Position numbers and translations under genes: made by a program. DNA of 64,000 nt from Lama glama (Eukaryota). The notes beneath the pieces were generated by a model. It worked only from the letters and a program-made list of their open reading frames with translations. It did no database searches and was not told where the DNA came from. The stretch covers positions 21,950,001-22,014,000 of the forward strand of contig CM052818.1 in assembly GCA_028534125.1 (NCBI GenBank), in the 5' to 3' direction. Within the stretch, counting starts at the first letter, position 1. Each line of letters begins with the position of its first letter. This document shows, piece by piece, positions 49,660 to 63,500 of the stretch.

Positions 49660-50810
49660 GAGAGTATCCAAAACATACAAAGAACTCTTAAAACTCAGCA
49701 ATGAGAAAACTTACGATGCAATTGAAAAATGAGCAGATCTGAACAGTTCATCAAAGAAATACAGAGTACCAAAATGCATATGAAAAGATGCTCTTACCAT
49801 ATGTCATTAGGGAATTGCAAATTAAAACAACAGTTAGATACCACTACACAACTGTTAGAGTGGCTAAAATCCAAAACACCTATGGCATCAAATGCTGGTA
49901 AGGATGTGGGCAGTAGGAACTCTCATTGCATGTGGGAATGCATCATATTTGCCCCAAATTGGAAGCAACCAATAGGTCTTTGAATAGGTGAACAGATAAA
50001 CAAGTTGTGGTACATCCATACAGTGGAATGTTATTCAGCACTGAAAAGAGATTAACTATCAAGCCACAAAGAGGCACCGAGGAGCCTTTAATGTATATTG
50101 CTAGGTGAAAGAAGCCAATCTGAAAAAGACTACAGATTGTATGATCCATCTGTATGATGTTCTGGAAAAGACAAAACTATACAGACAAGTAAAAAGTGGT
50201 TACTAGGGATTCGGGGGAGGTGGGGAGGGATGAGTAGGTGGAGCTCAGGGCATTTTTAGGGCAGTGAAATTATTCTCTATAGTTCTGTAATGCGTGCCAT
50301 ATATTTGTCAAAACACATAGGTATGTATACAGCAAACCCTATGGTAAACTGTAGACCTTAGTTAATAAAAATGTATCAATATGGTAATCATTTGTAATAA
50401 ATGTATACACCAATATAAAGTGTTTTTTTTAATTGAAGTATAGTTGACTTACAATATTGTGTTAGTTTCAGTTGTACAGCAAAGTGATTCAGTTATACAT
50501 ATATATCCTTTTTCAGATTCTTTTCCATTGTAGGTTATTATAAGATATTGATTATAGCTCCCTGTGCTATACAGTAGGTCCTTGTTATTTGTCTATTTTA
50601 TATATAGTGTGTATTTGTTAATCCCCAACTCCTAATTTATCCTCCCTCCTCCCTTGGTAACCATAAGTTTGTTTTCTATGTCTTAATACAAAATATTAAT
50701 GGGGAAACTGGGTGAAGAGGAAAGAGGGTATATGGGAACTCTGTACTTTTATGGGACAGTTTTTCTATAAACTCAAAAATGCCTTGAAAAAGTAAAGAAT
50801 TAATTTTTAA
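49660..50810 (+). mobile_element. L1MC-type 3' fragment (intron 1)
   Basis: ORF 49729 (KMHMKRCS..) plus 3' UTR motifs gaaagaagccaatctgaaaaagactaca and tttttagggcagtgaaa. Confidence 0.85.
50425..50684 (-). mobile_element. Younger L1 3' end nested antisense in the L1MC
   Basis: ttttaattgaagtatagttgacttacaatattgtgttagtttcag..ccctgtgctatacagtagg; degenerate TSD at 50412 and 50685. Confidence 0.88.
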
Positions 50811-53456
50811 AAGTTACAGGCTTAATAGAGGAGTCCCAGGGAAACCTGCTTATAATACTCTGATCCTTGTACCTTGTTATTTTTTGCACTGAAGAGTCAG
50901 AAACCACCACCATTGATTACAAAACAATACAAGTTAAAAAATGAGAAGAATAACTTTTTAAATGCCAAATTTTGCCAGAGAAAATTCATGGGCAGCCTGG
51001 ATGTTAGTAGTAAGTGCTGAAATCTTAGGAGGGTACCTGAGGAGTTTAACTCAAAATATAAAGGAGCCATTTATGACACTTGGATGAGTTGATAAAATAA
51101 TTTTCTCTTATGAGTTTGCATCAACTGTGGTCATCAGGATGTGCAGGCAGTGCATTCCAGCTTGTGTGAGCCTGGTGGGGGGATGGGTTCCTCCATTGCA
51201 TGGACCACCTTAACCCCTGGACTTGATCTTTCCTTTCCTTTCTATCACAATGTACCTGTTGTTTCAGGCTCTGAAATTCTTGTTTCCTGCAGGGTGTGTT
51301 CAAATGAATTTAAAAAGAAATTCTGGGCCAAATAGTAAGTGTAGAAACTGCTCCCATGTGGGGAAGCACCAAAGAATCCTTTTGAAGAGTGAAGAATACT
51401 TTGCTTTAAATATGTAACTCTTCCCCTGCCACAGTTTATTTCATGGTAGATTCCTATTTTGACTTGGCAGCATTTAAGATTTATTTTGTGAGAAAAATTA
51501 ACTTTAGAATGGTCAGAATGCTGTACTGGTTTATTAGTACCTCTGTCTTCTTTGTGTTTGATCTTGTATTTTAAAACTGTGTTTTTGACAATGGTTTTAT
51601 TTTTATGCTCCTTCACAGTTTATTAGACTTGGGTTGTGTAAAAAACATTGACAAATATACTTCACTACAATTTTGAAGTCTTTTAATATTTAGCTTTCAT
51701 TGTTGAACAATATTATTGTACACTCACTTGAACCTGACACATTGTTCTGGGTGATTTGAAATAATATTTTGTGTTTGCCTGACTAACAAGGGCATAGTTT
51801 AATAACAACTGATCCAGTAGTCAGATAAACGGCCAGAGAAAAATTGAAAATAAGGGATAAATATATGTAGGAGTGTAACTTCTTTGGTTTGTAGGTAAAA
51901 ATCTAGCGTTTAATTAATTCAGCTTAATTAACAAACTTTAATCAGTTAGCCATCTATAAGTGCTTAGGTTTACAAAGGTGAGACATTGTCTTATTTAGTT
52001 AGTATCCTGATTTTTGCCATTGCTTTCCAGTCTCCTGGTTTACATTGGTAGAGCCATTGATGGCCACAGTGGTTGTGATTTGTCCTAGGTCACAGTGGTA
52101 GAATTTCTAATCTAGTGTCACTTACTGCCTCTGTGTTTTATATAACCTTGTGGTGAAATTACTGGTGTAGCTTTCTTTAATGTAACATCATGTACTTAAT
52201 CATTCAAATTGTGACTGGTTTTCCAGGTTAATGACACAGGATAAAACCAATAATTTTATTTTTAAACTCACTATGTAAATATTTTGGTAGTTGACTATGG
52301 TAAAAAATGTGCACCTACTAGAAGAATGATTATCATCCTAAAGATATTCTTGAATTAATAGTGTTTTCACATTACATTTAGTTAATATATACTTAGTGTA
52401 TATTATTTAGTTATAATTACTAGCTAATTTTGAAAAGTTTAAGGTGTTTTGGGGTACGTATGTAAATCTTTGTGAATTAGATAATTTTGTGTAGGTGAGA
52501 TTTGAATGCAGAGAAAGTTTAAATTCATCATAGATTTATAACAGGGTTTCCTTCACACATAAGGATTATTTCTAAGTTTGAGATTAGTAAGTCACATACA
52601 GCTTCAATTTCTACAACATGGAATACTGTTGATTTCTTGTTTTAGAGCATTTGGCGTGCATGTTAGACCTTTATTATTAAAATATTGGATGGTTTAAAGG
52701 TCTTTGGCTGTTTGTAAACATGGGTACTAGTCTGACCTTACTTAATTTATAAACTTTTTTCCTTTTGACTATCCCAAATGAATGATGTTTAACCCTAGAA
52801 ATCTAGTTTTATTTTTGTTGGCTGCAGTTGTTAAAATAATTAGAACTAAGTATACAGTTAGCATTTTAACAAATATGAATAGGGAGCTGAAACATTGCCA
52901 CTATAAAATGTTTCAAATTTATTTAGACAGATGGGGAATTCTTTTGTCCTTAAAGACCCTTTAAAAACCTGCCTAATTTTAACTTGGAAATTGGTCTTTT
53001 AAATCCATAGTAAGCTAAACCTAGAAAGCATTCGAAGGTAGTTACCAGAATTTTAGATATATTTTAGATCTCTTATCTCATTTGTAAAGTTGAGAAGAAC
53101 TTTGTACCATGATCTGCTTCATTTTCCTTCATTAACTTGGTTTTGGTTAAGGGAGATTAAAAAACTGAAAACATACCATATTATTGTCCAGTTTGAAATG
53201 ATTCCATGTAGAAGGTTATCAAGACACAGCCAGTTATTCAAGGGATTACTTTGCATACAATTTATGTGCTTGTGATTTTATTTAAAGCAAACTTTCCTAC
53301 CCATTTACACTTCTCTGAGCACTTTTGCTATTGTGCTGTGAATTTAGGTATTTAGTAACTAATAAAAATGCTTTGTATAAGTTTTACTCTCAAAGATGAC
53401 TTTATGGATGGATAATAGTTGTCTTAGTTTATTACTAATTGTGTTTCATTTTATAG

Positions 53457-53653
53457 ACAGCTACTGAGCCAAACCAGGCTGTATGCCATTGCTGCTGAAA
53501 AAAAGAATTATCTTCAAGAAGAATTCATTTCTTATAGAAGGAATGCCAGTCAATTTGATTGGGCTCTAATGAGGCTAGATAATTCTGTCCGAAGAACTGG
53601 CCGCATCCCTAAGACTCTTCTACAAAAAGTCTTTGATAACACCCGCCACTCAG
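53457..53653 (+). CDS. LRPPRC: LRPPRC exon 2 (197 nt): [16 protein letters not shown]...[28 protein letters not shown]
   Basis: Acceptor ttttatag|, donor CAG|gtactt, phase-compatible with exon 1. [17 protein letters not shown] is a hallmark of LRPPRC. RLY|A fits an R-3 presequence cleavage motif. Confidence 0.96.
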
Positions 53654-54334
53654 GTACTTCAAAATTTTCTGTTCAGAAAGTTGCACTTCTTATTAAGGAC
53701 TTGTTTGAGGATAAGCTCATTGTAGAGTACATTATTTGATACTTTTAATTTTGTTTGTTATTTCTTTTGATCATCATGATTTTACGGGCTGATTGTGATC
53801 TCTGTTTTCCCAACTCATGAGGGCCAAGTGTTGAGTAACTAAAATATGTTGTTTTTCATGTTTATTTCAAAATCAGCAAATAAAAATTGACTTCCCACAG
53901 TTTATAAAAGATTCACTGTCAGTGGTAAATTGTCATGGACGATAACTAGTTTTTCTTATCTTCCATTGTATAGTGTTTGATTCCCCTAAGATGATCACAC
54001 ATGACAGTCTCAGGAAGGCTGATAATCATTATATTCCTTTCATTTTCACTTAGCTGTTAAAGTCTATTTGAATCATTTATGCAGCTTTGATCATCTGGAA
54101 ACTTGTAGGCCCTCTACCCCCCACCCCCGAAAAAGCCACCACACACACACACAAGCCCACATTCAGACACACATAATTTTGTATATAATTTTGGAGCATT
54201 CACCAGCTTCTTAAAGCCTATCTGTGATTTCAGTCACATTAAGAAGTTGTAGAATCTAACGATGAGGAAGGACTATCAGAGAAGTGTCTGTTGTAATTAT
54301 GTGCATTTAAAGATAAATTTTATCATTTTCTCTC

Positions 54335-54530
54335 TTTAAATCAAAGATTGAGTTGTACCACTGTCATCACAGCCAATTTAGAATATTTTTATCACCCCAA
54401 AAAGAAACCTATACACCCCTGGACATCAGCTCCCAAACCCTCATGCCTTTAGCCCTAGGCAACCACTAATGTACTCTGTCGTGGTGGATTTTTCTGGATG
54501 CTATATGTAAATGGAATCCTGCAATAAATG
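54335..54530 (-). mobile_element. L1MB-type 3' fragment (intron 2)
   Basis: ttagaatatttttatcaccccaaaaagaaacc..gccctaggcaaccactaat. Confidence 0.8.
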
Positions 54531-55025
54531 GTTTATTTTTGTTTTTGTTTTATATTAAAGTCAGCTTTCAGGGACATAGCTGTAGATAAAAGGTCATGAA
54601 TAAGGTGAGAAGAAAGTTTATGTTTTGTAACAGATTATAAACCTAAATTAGATATTCATGGGTTTTAACTGTACTGCTTTGAACTATTTTCATAAGATAT
54701 TGAGAAGCTTAGCCTTTGAATTGCAGTGAGCACTGCTTATAAATTAGGCTGTATGTATTTTTTTATTCTGTAGTCTTGCAGATTATATAGATTTATAACT
54801 TCAGCTTCCTTAAGAAAGATCATTTTAAAAAACATAACTTTTAGTAACATTGTAAATGGTACCTGTTGATTGGGGTAGGATTCTTCTCGTTTGTGAGTAC
54901 TCTTCTAATATCTTTAAGTGAGGCAGGAGATTTTTAAATATTTATGGGTTTCTATTTAAGTTTTGACATTTATCTTTAGGGCATTGGCACTGTGTTAACT
55001 ATCATCCGTCAACCCATTTTCATAG

Positions 55026-55148
55026 GTAGCCCCGGTGGTAATCAAGCCTTGCTTCTACTGCGCAGCTGTGGTTCTCTCTTGCCTGAACTGAAGCTCTCGG
55101 AGAGAACGGAATTTGCTCACAGGATATGGGATGAACTTCAGAAATTGG
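55026..55148 (+). CDS. LRPPRC: LRPPRC exon 3 (123 nt): [40 protein letters not shown]
   Basis: Acceptor ttttcatag|, donor TGG|gtatga, in frame, recognisable LRPPRC sequence. Confidence 0.96.
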
Positions 55149-55379
55149 GTATGATTATTTGAATAGAGAATGTGTATAATAAAAGATGTAGATATTTTTT
55201 ATTTTAGTAATAAGGAGTTTCTTCACATAAATGATGTAACTTATGGAAGGGCTACTTGATTCATATTTTTTTGTGATGTGACTTATTTGGTGAGTTATAG
55301 TGACATCTAGGGGCATTGAGAATAAAATGACTATAATGAGTATTAGTTTTATGGTAACTTAAGAAAAAGAATAAAACAG

Positions 55380-56660
55380 AAAAGCGTTTGGTCTGTCAGA
55401 GTTATAAATGCACATGCCATTTGATCAAGCAATTCCATTTGCTTTAATTTATTTATTAATATATCAAGCATTTCAGCGTTCTAATGTGTTTACACTTAAA
55501 AAAAGTTTTTGAAGTATAGTTGATGTATAATATTATATTAGTTTCAGGTGTACAACATAGTCCATTTGTTAGAATTTAGATAGATATACTCACATGTGCA
55601 AAAGGATATTCTTTTAGCTTGCAAACACAATAGTAAGAAGTTGGAACTAACTCTCCTGTCCCTCACTAAGGGATTCATTGAATAAATTACGGAGTGTCCA
55701 TAAAATGGAATATTGTGCAACTGTTAAAAAAATGAAGGAGTTCATTGCATACTAATGTGGGGTGTTCTCCAAAATATAGTTAAAAATTAAGATACAGAAC
55801 AACGTGTATAGTATTCTACCATTTTGAAGAAAAACATTTATATGTGAATGTGCATATAATATTAAAATATTTCTGGAAGAATGATAAACACTAGATACAA
55901 TTTTTACTCTATACCTTTTTATACTTTTTCAATTTGGGGCTGTGAACATAGTACCTATTCAAAAAGTAAAGTTGCTTGAAAGACCATTTGATAAAATTCA
56001 ATGTTCATTCCTGATTTAAGAAAATATTAACAAAAAATAGAAGGATGCTTCTTTAACATGTTAAAATCTAAAGTCAACTAATATGTATAATGGCAATGGA
56101 ATAAGATGTGAAATATTAGGAATTATTTTTTAGGTGATGTACTTGCTTATCTGTAAAATCCCAGAAAACCAATTTACAATAAAGTAGATGCAAACATTAA
56201 ATATTCAAGAATCCATAACTTTTCATAGTGAGAAAATAAAATGGATAAAAGGATCCAAGTTTAGTCAGAAATGCATAAAGTATCTAGGAATGTCCATCAA
56301 AAGATGTGTAGCACTTCACATCAAAAAAAAAAAAAAACCCATAGGATAAAGACAGAATCTCACACCAGAGTTTTGAGTTTATCTAGAATTAATTTTGATG
56401 ACAAGTTTATTTTGAAAAAGTTTTTAAAATAGAGCTAAATGTTGGATTTTAGGATGGAAAAGGGTTTTCTAAGCATAAAAGGAGAAAAGATAAAGAATTA
56501 AATCTATAAAAACTAGAAATGTCTATATGTCAGTAGGCCACATACTTTAAAAACACATACTGAACTGGGAGAAATATTTGCAAGAAAGGTTATAATCTAA
56601 AACAGAGCTCTTAATTCATTAGTCATAACATTAAGACCTCAATGGAAAAATAGACACTTA
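55380..56660 (+). mobile_element. Highly degraded L1M fragments (intron 3), with a short antisense L1 stub at ~55505-55562
   Basis: ccatttgatcaagcaattcca, atggaatattgtgcaactgttaaaa, catttgataaaattcaa, actgggagaaatatttgcaa. Confidence 0.6.
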
Positions 56661-57603
56661 CTAACTTTCTTTAATAATTGTTCACAAACATGTCTTAATA
56701 CTATATATCCTGTTTTGTGAGAGTAGAATCCATAACATCTTTGTTTTCCTCTTTGCCAGTAGCATAATGCTTTGTACATATTACACTTGGTAAATACTTG
56801 TTGAATTAATATATCTAGAACCTGGTAGGTTGCCACTGTGACTCTTGTTCACAGATTGCTAAAGCTGTGAGAGTTATTTTAGCTTAGGTAACGTGCCCAA
56901 AGTTACAGGATGAGCTGTTGACAGATCTGAGACTAGAACTGAGGTTTCCAGAGTAAAGGGGATTTTGGAAAGAACACTGGAAATGAAAGACTCCCTTTTT
57001 AATGTTGCCATTTGCTAACTTTTTAAAAATAGGATTACTTCTGGTGTACTTCCTAGCCACATCATGATAATATAAGTCTCCTTAACTTTTTTTGTTCAAG
57101 TTGTTCATTCATGTTTTCTGAAGTATTCTTTGTTTCTTACTCTTTAAATCAATCCATTTTTCAAGCTTAGTAGCTCGGCTAATAAATTAGCAAAACTGTC
57201 AGCACAATCCTCCCTGTAAAACAACTGCAGTCACAGTCCAGCCATCTGAGGTTCTGTGTAGTATGGCAAGGGCTGCTTCATATAGAAAAACTGTTCAGTC
57301 ACTTTAAATACGGGGGTCTTGTCAGTGTTTTCCAACAAGAAAGGAGTACTATGCTTCAAAAGTAAGAGACCTCTTAATAACTTGAGTAGGCAGTTACTTG
57401 TAACTGTCCATTAATTCAGTAATTACTATCTTACATGTACTTAGGTTGCTCTGTTCTGACAGGATTTCTATATAGATGGGTCTAAAAATGGAGAAAAATG
57501 GTAAAGTGATAATTTCACCCTTTTAGTTTGTACATTTAAGTGCACATATTTTAATTGTGATGAAGGATGTGATTTTAAGTGCTATTCTAAAAACTTGATT
57601 TAA

Positions 57604-57900
<297 letters not shown>

Positions 57901-58490
57901 GTATGTAATTTCATAAATGTATGCTTAAGCAAATAAATTTGTAAGTCTTGTAAATCTAGAATATATTTAATCTTCTTTTTTTTAAAATTCTCCTCTTCGT
58001 AAGAAAATTATTTCAGAAGTATTTTAATCCAGCAAATTTGGTCATATGACTTAGATAAAATAAAATTGTGTGAGAAGGGAAAGATAATTGAAAATTGTTA
58101 TTTTAATTAAATACGTGATTTACTAGAGCATAAGTTTAAAATTGTTGAGGTATAAAGCTGAGTTTACTTTTTTTTTAAATTGCTGTTTCCAAAAGGAAAT
58201 GTTCTTAGCCATTTAAACTATTTGTTTATAAAACTGATAATACTGTATTTTAGTGGTTCATATAAAATCAATTGTGATATTTCTCTGCTCATGTAAAATT
58301 TATTAGTAGTTTTGGATGGATGGTTTAGAAAATAAGGAATAAATTGAAATGTACAATCTCATTTTTAACAAATGAATTTTATTAAACTTTATGCTTTTTA
58401 AAGGTATTAATTAGTATAGAAGAAACAATCAGATTTTTAAAAATTACCTATTTTTAACAAGACTACTTCAAGACTATTGATATAGCTTAA

Positions 58491-58664
<174 letters not shown>

Positions 58665-59231
58665 TAATGTTCAACATAAGGTTTTGTTCTCAAGTGAGAT
58701 TTAAATTATAGGAAACTATTGTAAAAAACTCTTTAACTATGTTTATCTACCCTCTCAAAAAAAAAAAAACAAAAACCCTGATGTATGTGAGGTAGAACAT
58801 GCGTATCTTAAAATACCTTATTCTTAAATCTATCTGTTTTATAAAACTTTTATTTGAAGATTTTCAGTTTTAAAAATTGGGCCTGATACAAAGTAACTGT
58901 AAAGTTTGTTAACTGCTCTGCTAGTGCCTTGGAAAATATTTTTATTTTTGAAGAATCATTTACTAAATGTTATTCTTTCCTCAAAAAGGTAAACTTGAGT
59001 CACAACATACTTAGTGAAAGAGGGCACATTATTTAATATCTGTGTAATTATTATATAATTTGATTTCTGTTTTGGAAAAATTACCTGTAAAAATTTGAGA
59101 TGTTTTGATATTTCTTGTTTCAGAAACCTGTAACCAGTTTAATAAGTATTTGTCCTTTTCCAGTGTTATCATACTCTAAATGGTTATAATCTAACTTAAG
59201 AATTTTCCATTTTAATAAGCGTAGGTAATAA

Positions 59232-59435
<204 letters not shown>

Positions 59436-59758
59436 TGACTTATATAAGTAAAGATACTTTAAAATCACTTGTTAAACTTGTGTTACATTTTGCATGAAGC
59501 AGAGAAGTGTAGGTTATATCTGTTTTTAAAGATATCTCTTGTAGGTGGTATTGAAGGAAAATTTTTACAGTAGTTCAGTACTTTGGTGTTGATGTAATAG
59601 TTATTGTTGAAATAGAACTGTGGAAGAAGTGCTTAACCTTTAGCTGGTATATGTTCCTAGTTTTTAAAAATCTTGTTATTTTAATTTACTTAGCTTTAAT
59701 TTTAAAAAAATATGACTGGTTTCTAACTTGTTCTTCTAATTTTTGGAACTGTCTATAG

Positions 59759-59903
59759 ACCCTGGAGAAGGTGGAGAAGTCTGATCTTTACCTTATGGAC
59801 CGTGATTTATTGCAAATTATTCTTAGCTTCAGTAAAGCTGGTTATCCTCAATATATCTCAGAAATTTTGGAAAAAATTACATATGAGAGAAGATATATTC
59901 CAG
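59759..59903 (+). CDS. LRPPRC: LRPPRC exon 8 (145 nt): [48 protein letters not shown]
   Basis: Acceptor gtctatag|, donor CAG|gtagtg, in frame. Confidence 0.95.
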
Positions 59904-60197
59904 GTAGTGTAAAATTTTTATTTTCATGATTTTTCCAAAAATCTTAATTACTATTTTTACATGATAGAAAGGGTATTCTCTAGCAATAGAGTATTGTGGT
60001 AGATGAACATATGATTCTTTTAAAGTCAGCTTCATAAACTGAAAGACTTGAGTTAATGAATACATGGGAATGTTTTGGTTTGGAAGTGTTTCACTGTTGT
60101 TTAGGCAGATAGATCCTTTTGGTTGTCTTTCATATTGGTAGCAGTGTAGAAAAATTGTTGAAGTCAGTAACAAAAGTTGTCTTTGTTTTCTTTTCAG

Positions 60198-60343
60198 ATA
60201 TGATGAACCTCATCTTGCTTTTAGTCACTGAAAAATTGGAAGATACAGCATTGCAGATTTTATTAGCATGTCCTGTATCAAGGGAAGACAGTCCGAGTGA
60301 CTTTGGCAGTTTCTTTTTACGACATTGTGTGACTATGAACACG
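60198..60343 (+). CDS. LRPPRC: LRPPRC exon 9 (146 nt): [48 protein letters not shown]
   Basis: Acceptor ttttcttttcag|, donor ACG|gtattc. Overlaps ORF 60119..60388. Confidence 0.96.
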
Positions 60344-60618
60344 GTATTCAGTTCATTTTTACTTTGTAGACAGTGTAATAGGCAGTGAAATAAGATTTTT
60401 TTTAAATATAAGAACATATTATGAGATTAGATTAGAACATATTACAGATTTGACTGACTATAAGTATTATGAAAACTTTGTTTTTGTGTTGTAAGATTAT
60501 TACGTAGAAAGATGATGATAGGTTCAAATTTTTTATCCCAAAAGTGGTAGAATATTTTTAGAAGGTCACGTGGTAGGCATTTTGCAGATTTAGCTGATGT
60601 GGTGCCTTTCTTTCCTAG

Positions 60619-60724
60619 CCTGCAGAGAAGATTAAAGACTACTGTCAGAAGTTAAAGGAAGCCCCGCTGCATGCATCTCCTTTCCAATTCACACTCCAGT
60701 GTGCTTTACTGGCCAATAACCTCG
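60619..60724 (+). CDS. LRPPRC: LRPPRC exon 10 (106 nt): [35 protein letters not shown]
   Basis: Acceptor ctttctttcctag|, donor TCG|gtactg, in frame. Confidence 0.94.
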
Positions 60725-60805
60725 GTACTGTATTCTCATAATTAAAACTCATGTAAATAAGTTTTGCTGAGGTAGCTTTGTAATGTTTTATGGTATCTCT
60801 TTCAG

Positions 60806-60913
60806 ATTTGGCAAAAACTCTAATGAAGGCTCTGAAGGAAGAAGGTTTTCCTATCAGAACTCATTATTTCTGGCCATTGCTAGTTGGACATCAGAAGAAG
60901 AAAAATGTTCAAG
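60806..60913 (+). CDS. LRPPRC: LRPPRC exon 11 (108 nt): [35 protein letters not shown]; gene continues past the window
   Basis: Acceptor ctctttcag| after an 81-nt intron, donor AAG|gttagg. HYFWPLL motif. No further exon recognised up to 64000. Confidence 0.96.
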
Positions 60914-62242
60914 GTTAGGTTTTGCCTTTTACAGATTTGTAATGGTGTTTAGCTAGCCAGTGTGACAGTTTCTACACACATCGAATTGAATTCTTTGGGA
61001 AGACATACTTATTCCTGAGTATTAGCTCTTATGAGAAAATGGAATTGATTTAAATCATAGTAAACTGTTAGGTAAGCGTTTTAAAAAACAAACATAATGA
61101 ATTTCTTTCATCTTAATTTCATTAATTTAATTTCTTAATTCATCTCTGATCTTGATATTCGAGCTTGTGAATATGGCTTTAAATAGTTCATTATGTTTAA
61201 GTTTTTCAAAAATCTCTTTAGTTCTTGATTTTACATACATACAGCATTTGAAATTAGTTTATCTAGCCCTATTAAAGATAAAGTTATATATAATCAGGCC
61301 ATTTTCTTTGTGGGCCAGTCTATTTCTTCTTAACTGAGCTGAGTTACAATAATAGGAAAGGCAGGAAAAGTTTTATTGCAAAATGAGTGCTCATGACCTG
61401 ACAGCCTGCTGATTGAAGGACAGAAATGTTCAATCTTTCAGGTTCTTAAGTACATTTCAGCATTTAACATACTTTTCCCTGTACACATGGGATGTCTATA
61501 GGATATGAATAAGAATTGAACAAATATTAAATTTTAGAGTATAGTATCTAATTCTTTGGTTTGCATTATTGGTAATTCAGAAAGAGTAGACTCATAAAAA
61601 GATGCTTTTAACAGAAGTACTTCCCCCTTGGGGAAACAAAAAATGGTCTTTTTCATTTTATCTCGCCGTATAATGTGCTTTAGAATGAGATGCAGAGTTG
61701 TTAGTGTGACATTGGGTGACAAACAAAATGCACAAACAACAAAAAAAGTGCTTTTAGCAGACTTTCATATTGCAATTTTATTTTAAGTATATAGTCGTCT
61801 TCTGGTTTAAAGGAAATAGTGAAACAAGTATTCCCTAATTGTTTCTGGCTATAAAAGTCTCTAAATCCTTTTTAGAAAAATCTTTGTGGAAACAGTATGC
61901 CAGTTGATTAACTCTTTGCGTATCCTCCAGTTCTGTAAACTTCAGGAGGTAACCTTTAACCCAGTATTTTTGAACCACGGAAAGTTGACATCATTCCACG
62001 AAAATCTTTGGGCATATTAGCATTGTTCACCTTTATGCAGATAGGAAAACACTTTTTGTACTCCTGTTGAAATGTTTGTTCATCAGGTAGATTTGCTTTT
62101 CTCAACCTATCATGGTATCTAGACTTGAATTGGTTACTACATATTTACTACTTAGTAAACAGAATTCAGATAATTTCTTTCTATAGTTGTAGCTCAAACT
62201 AGTAGAAAAGTGGACTTCATCTTGAATCTATCTTTTCTTAGA

Positions 62243-62381
62243 AACTATTTATTTATTTGCAGGGGGAAGAAGATAATTAGGTTTACTTATTTATTTAGTT
62301 TGATGGAATTACTGGGGATTGAACCCAGGGCCTCATGCATGCTAGGCAAGTGCTCTACCACTGAGCTATATCCTCCCCCTA
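62243..62381 (-). mobile_element. Vic-1-like SINE (intron 11, antisense)
   Basis: tactggggattgaacccaggg..ctctaccactgagctata; perfect 13-bp TSD atcttttcttaga at 62230 and 62382. Confidence 0.93.
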
Positions 62382-63500
62382 ATCTTTTCTTAGATTCTTA
62401 GTTGGTCAAAAGTGCCTTGTTTGAAGCTCACATTATATTAATAAGGGAACTGAGTCCAGAGAGACTCAGTGGTTCGTCTAAGGTTCCACATCTGGCTGTC
62501 ACTGGTGCTGGTGTTAGAGCTAGGATTTCTGTCCTCCTATTTTAATAATCTTTTTTTAATACCATAACACCTCCCTATTAGACGTTTGTAAATATTATGC
62601 TGTATTTGTTTTATAAAAATTCTCAGCTACTGGTTAAAAACTATGTACTGATTTTTGCATTGAGGACATTTGAAAAAGTGGTACCAAGTTTTTTTTATCA
62701 GTGAAGGTTTTATCTGGAAAAATAGGAAAGCTGGGAAAGGTAATGAGAATATGAGAGATTGTCAGCTGTTTTATAGTTTTTAGAAACTAGTTTCTCCTTT
62801 GCAGGAGATCTTGAAATAGAGTAAAGTATATATTTCTACAGTCTTTTCTTTATGTAACAGGATAATGGCTATATGTCTTCTGTATGCTTTCTTTGGTGTA
62901 GGGTAAGAAACTAACATGCTTATCAGTGCAGTGAATTTTTTTTTGTCTGGGGAGTTATATATGGTAGAAATAAATAACAGAAGAAAGTAAAGGCTGCAGA
63001 AATGGAGGATGTAGAGAAGTGTTTCACAAGGAATAAAAATATCCTTTAGGAAATTCAGGAAAGGTATTTAGAGGTCAGATCAAACCGAACCAAGTTTTTA
63101 ACAATAGGATAATCAAATTTCTATTGAACTCTAGAATTTTTCTGCTTCAGATTTGGCTATCAGCAGCCCGTAAGAGAGACTGTTACAATGACTTCCTCAT
63201 GGTTTATCTTGCTAGTATTTTTCTCTGTGGTGCAAACGGAAAAGTCTTCTCTTAGAATTTTAGCAAATTGGTCCGAGTGAGAGGAAATAATGCAGAATGA
63301 TTGAGGATCTACATCCTTTGGTATATTTAGGACGCATAAAAAGAAGAATATGAAAGGGGAAAGATATAAAAGGAAGGACTGATATGAAAGCCTAAAATGC
63401 CAGTTGCTTGAAGTGATTGAATAGAGGGTACTTTTTAAAAAGTCGGAAATTGCCTCCTCCTAAAGTGAATGCCCTGGGTAATCTAAAATCATGTGGAGAT

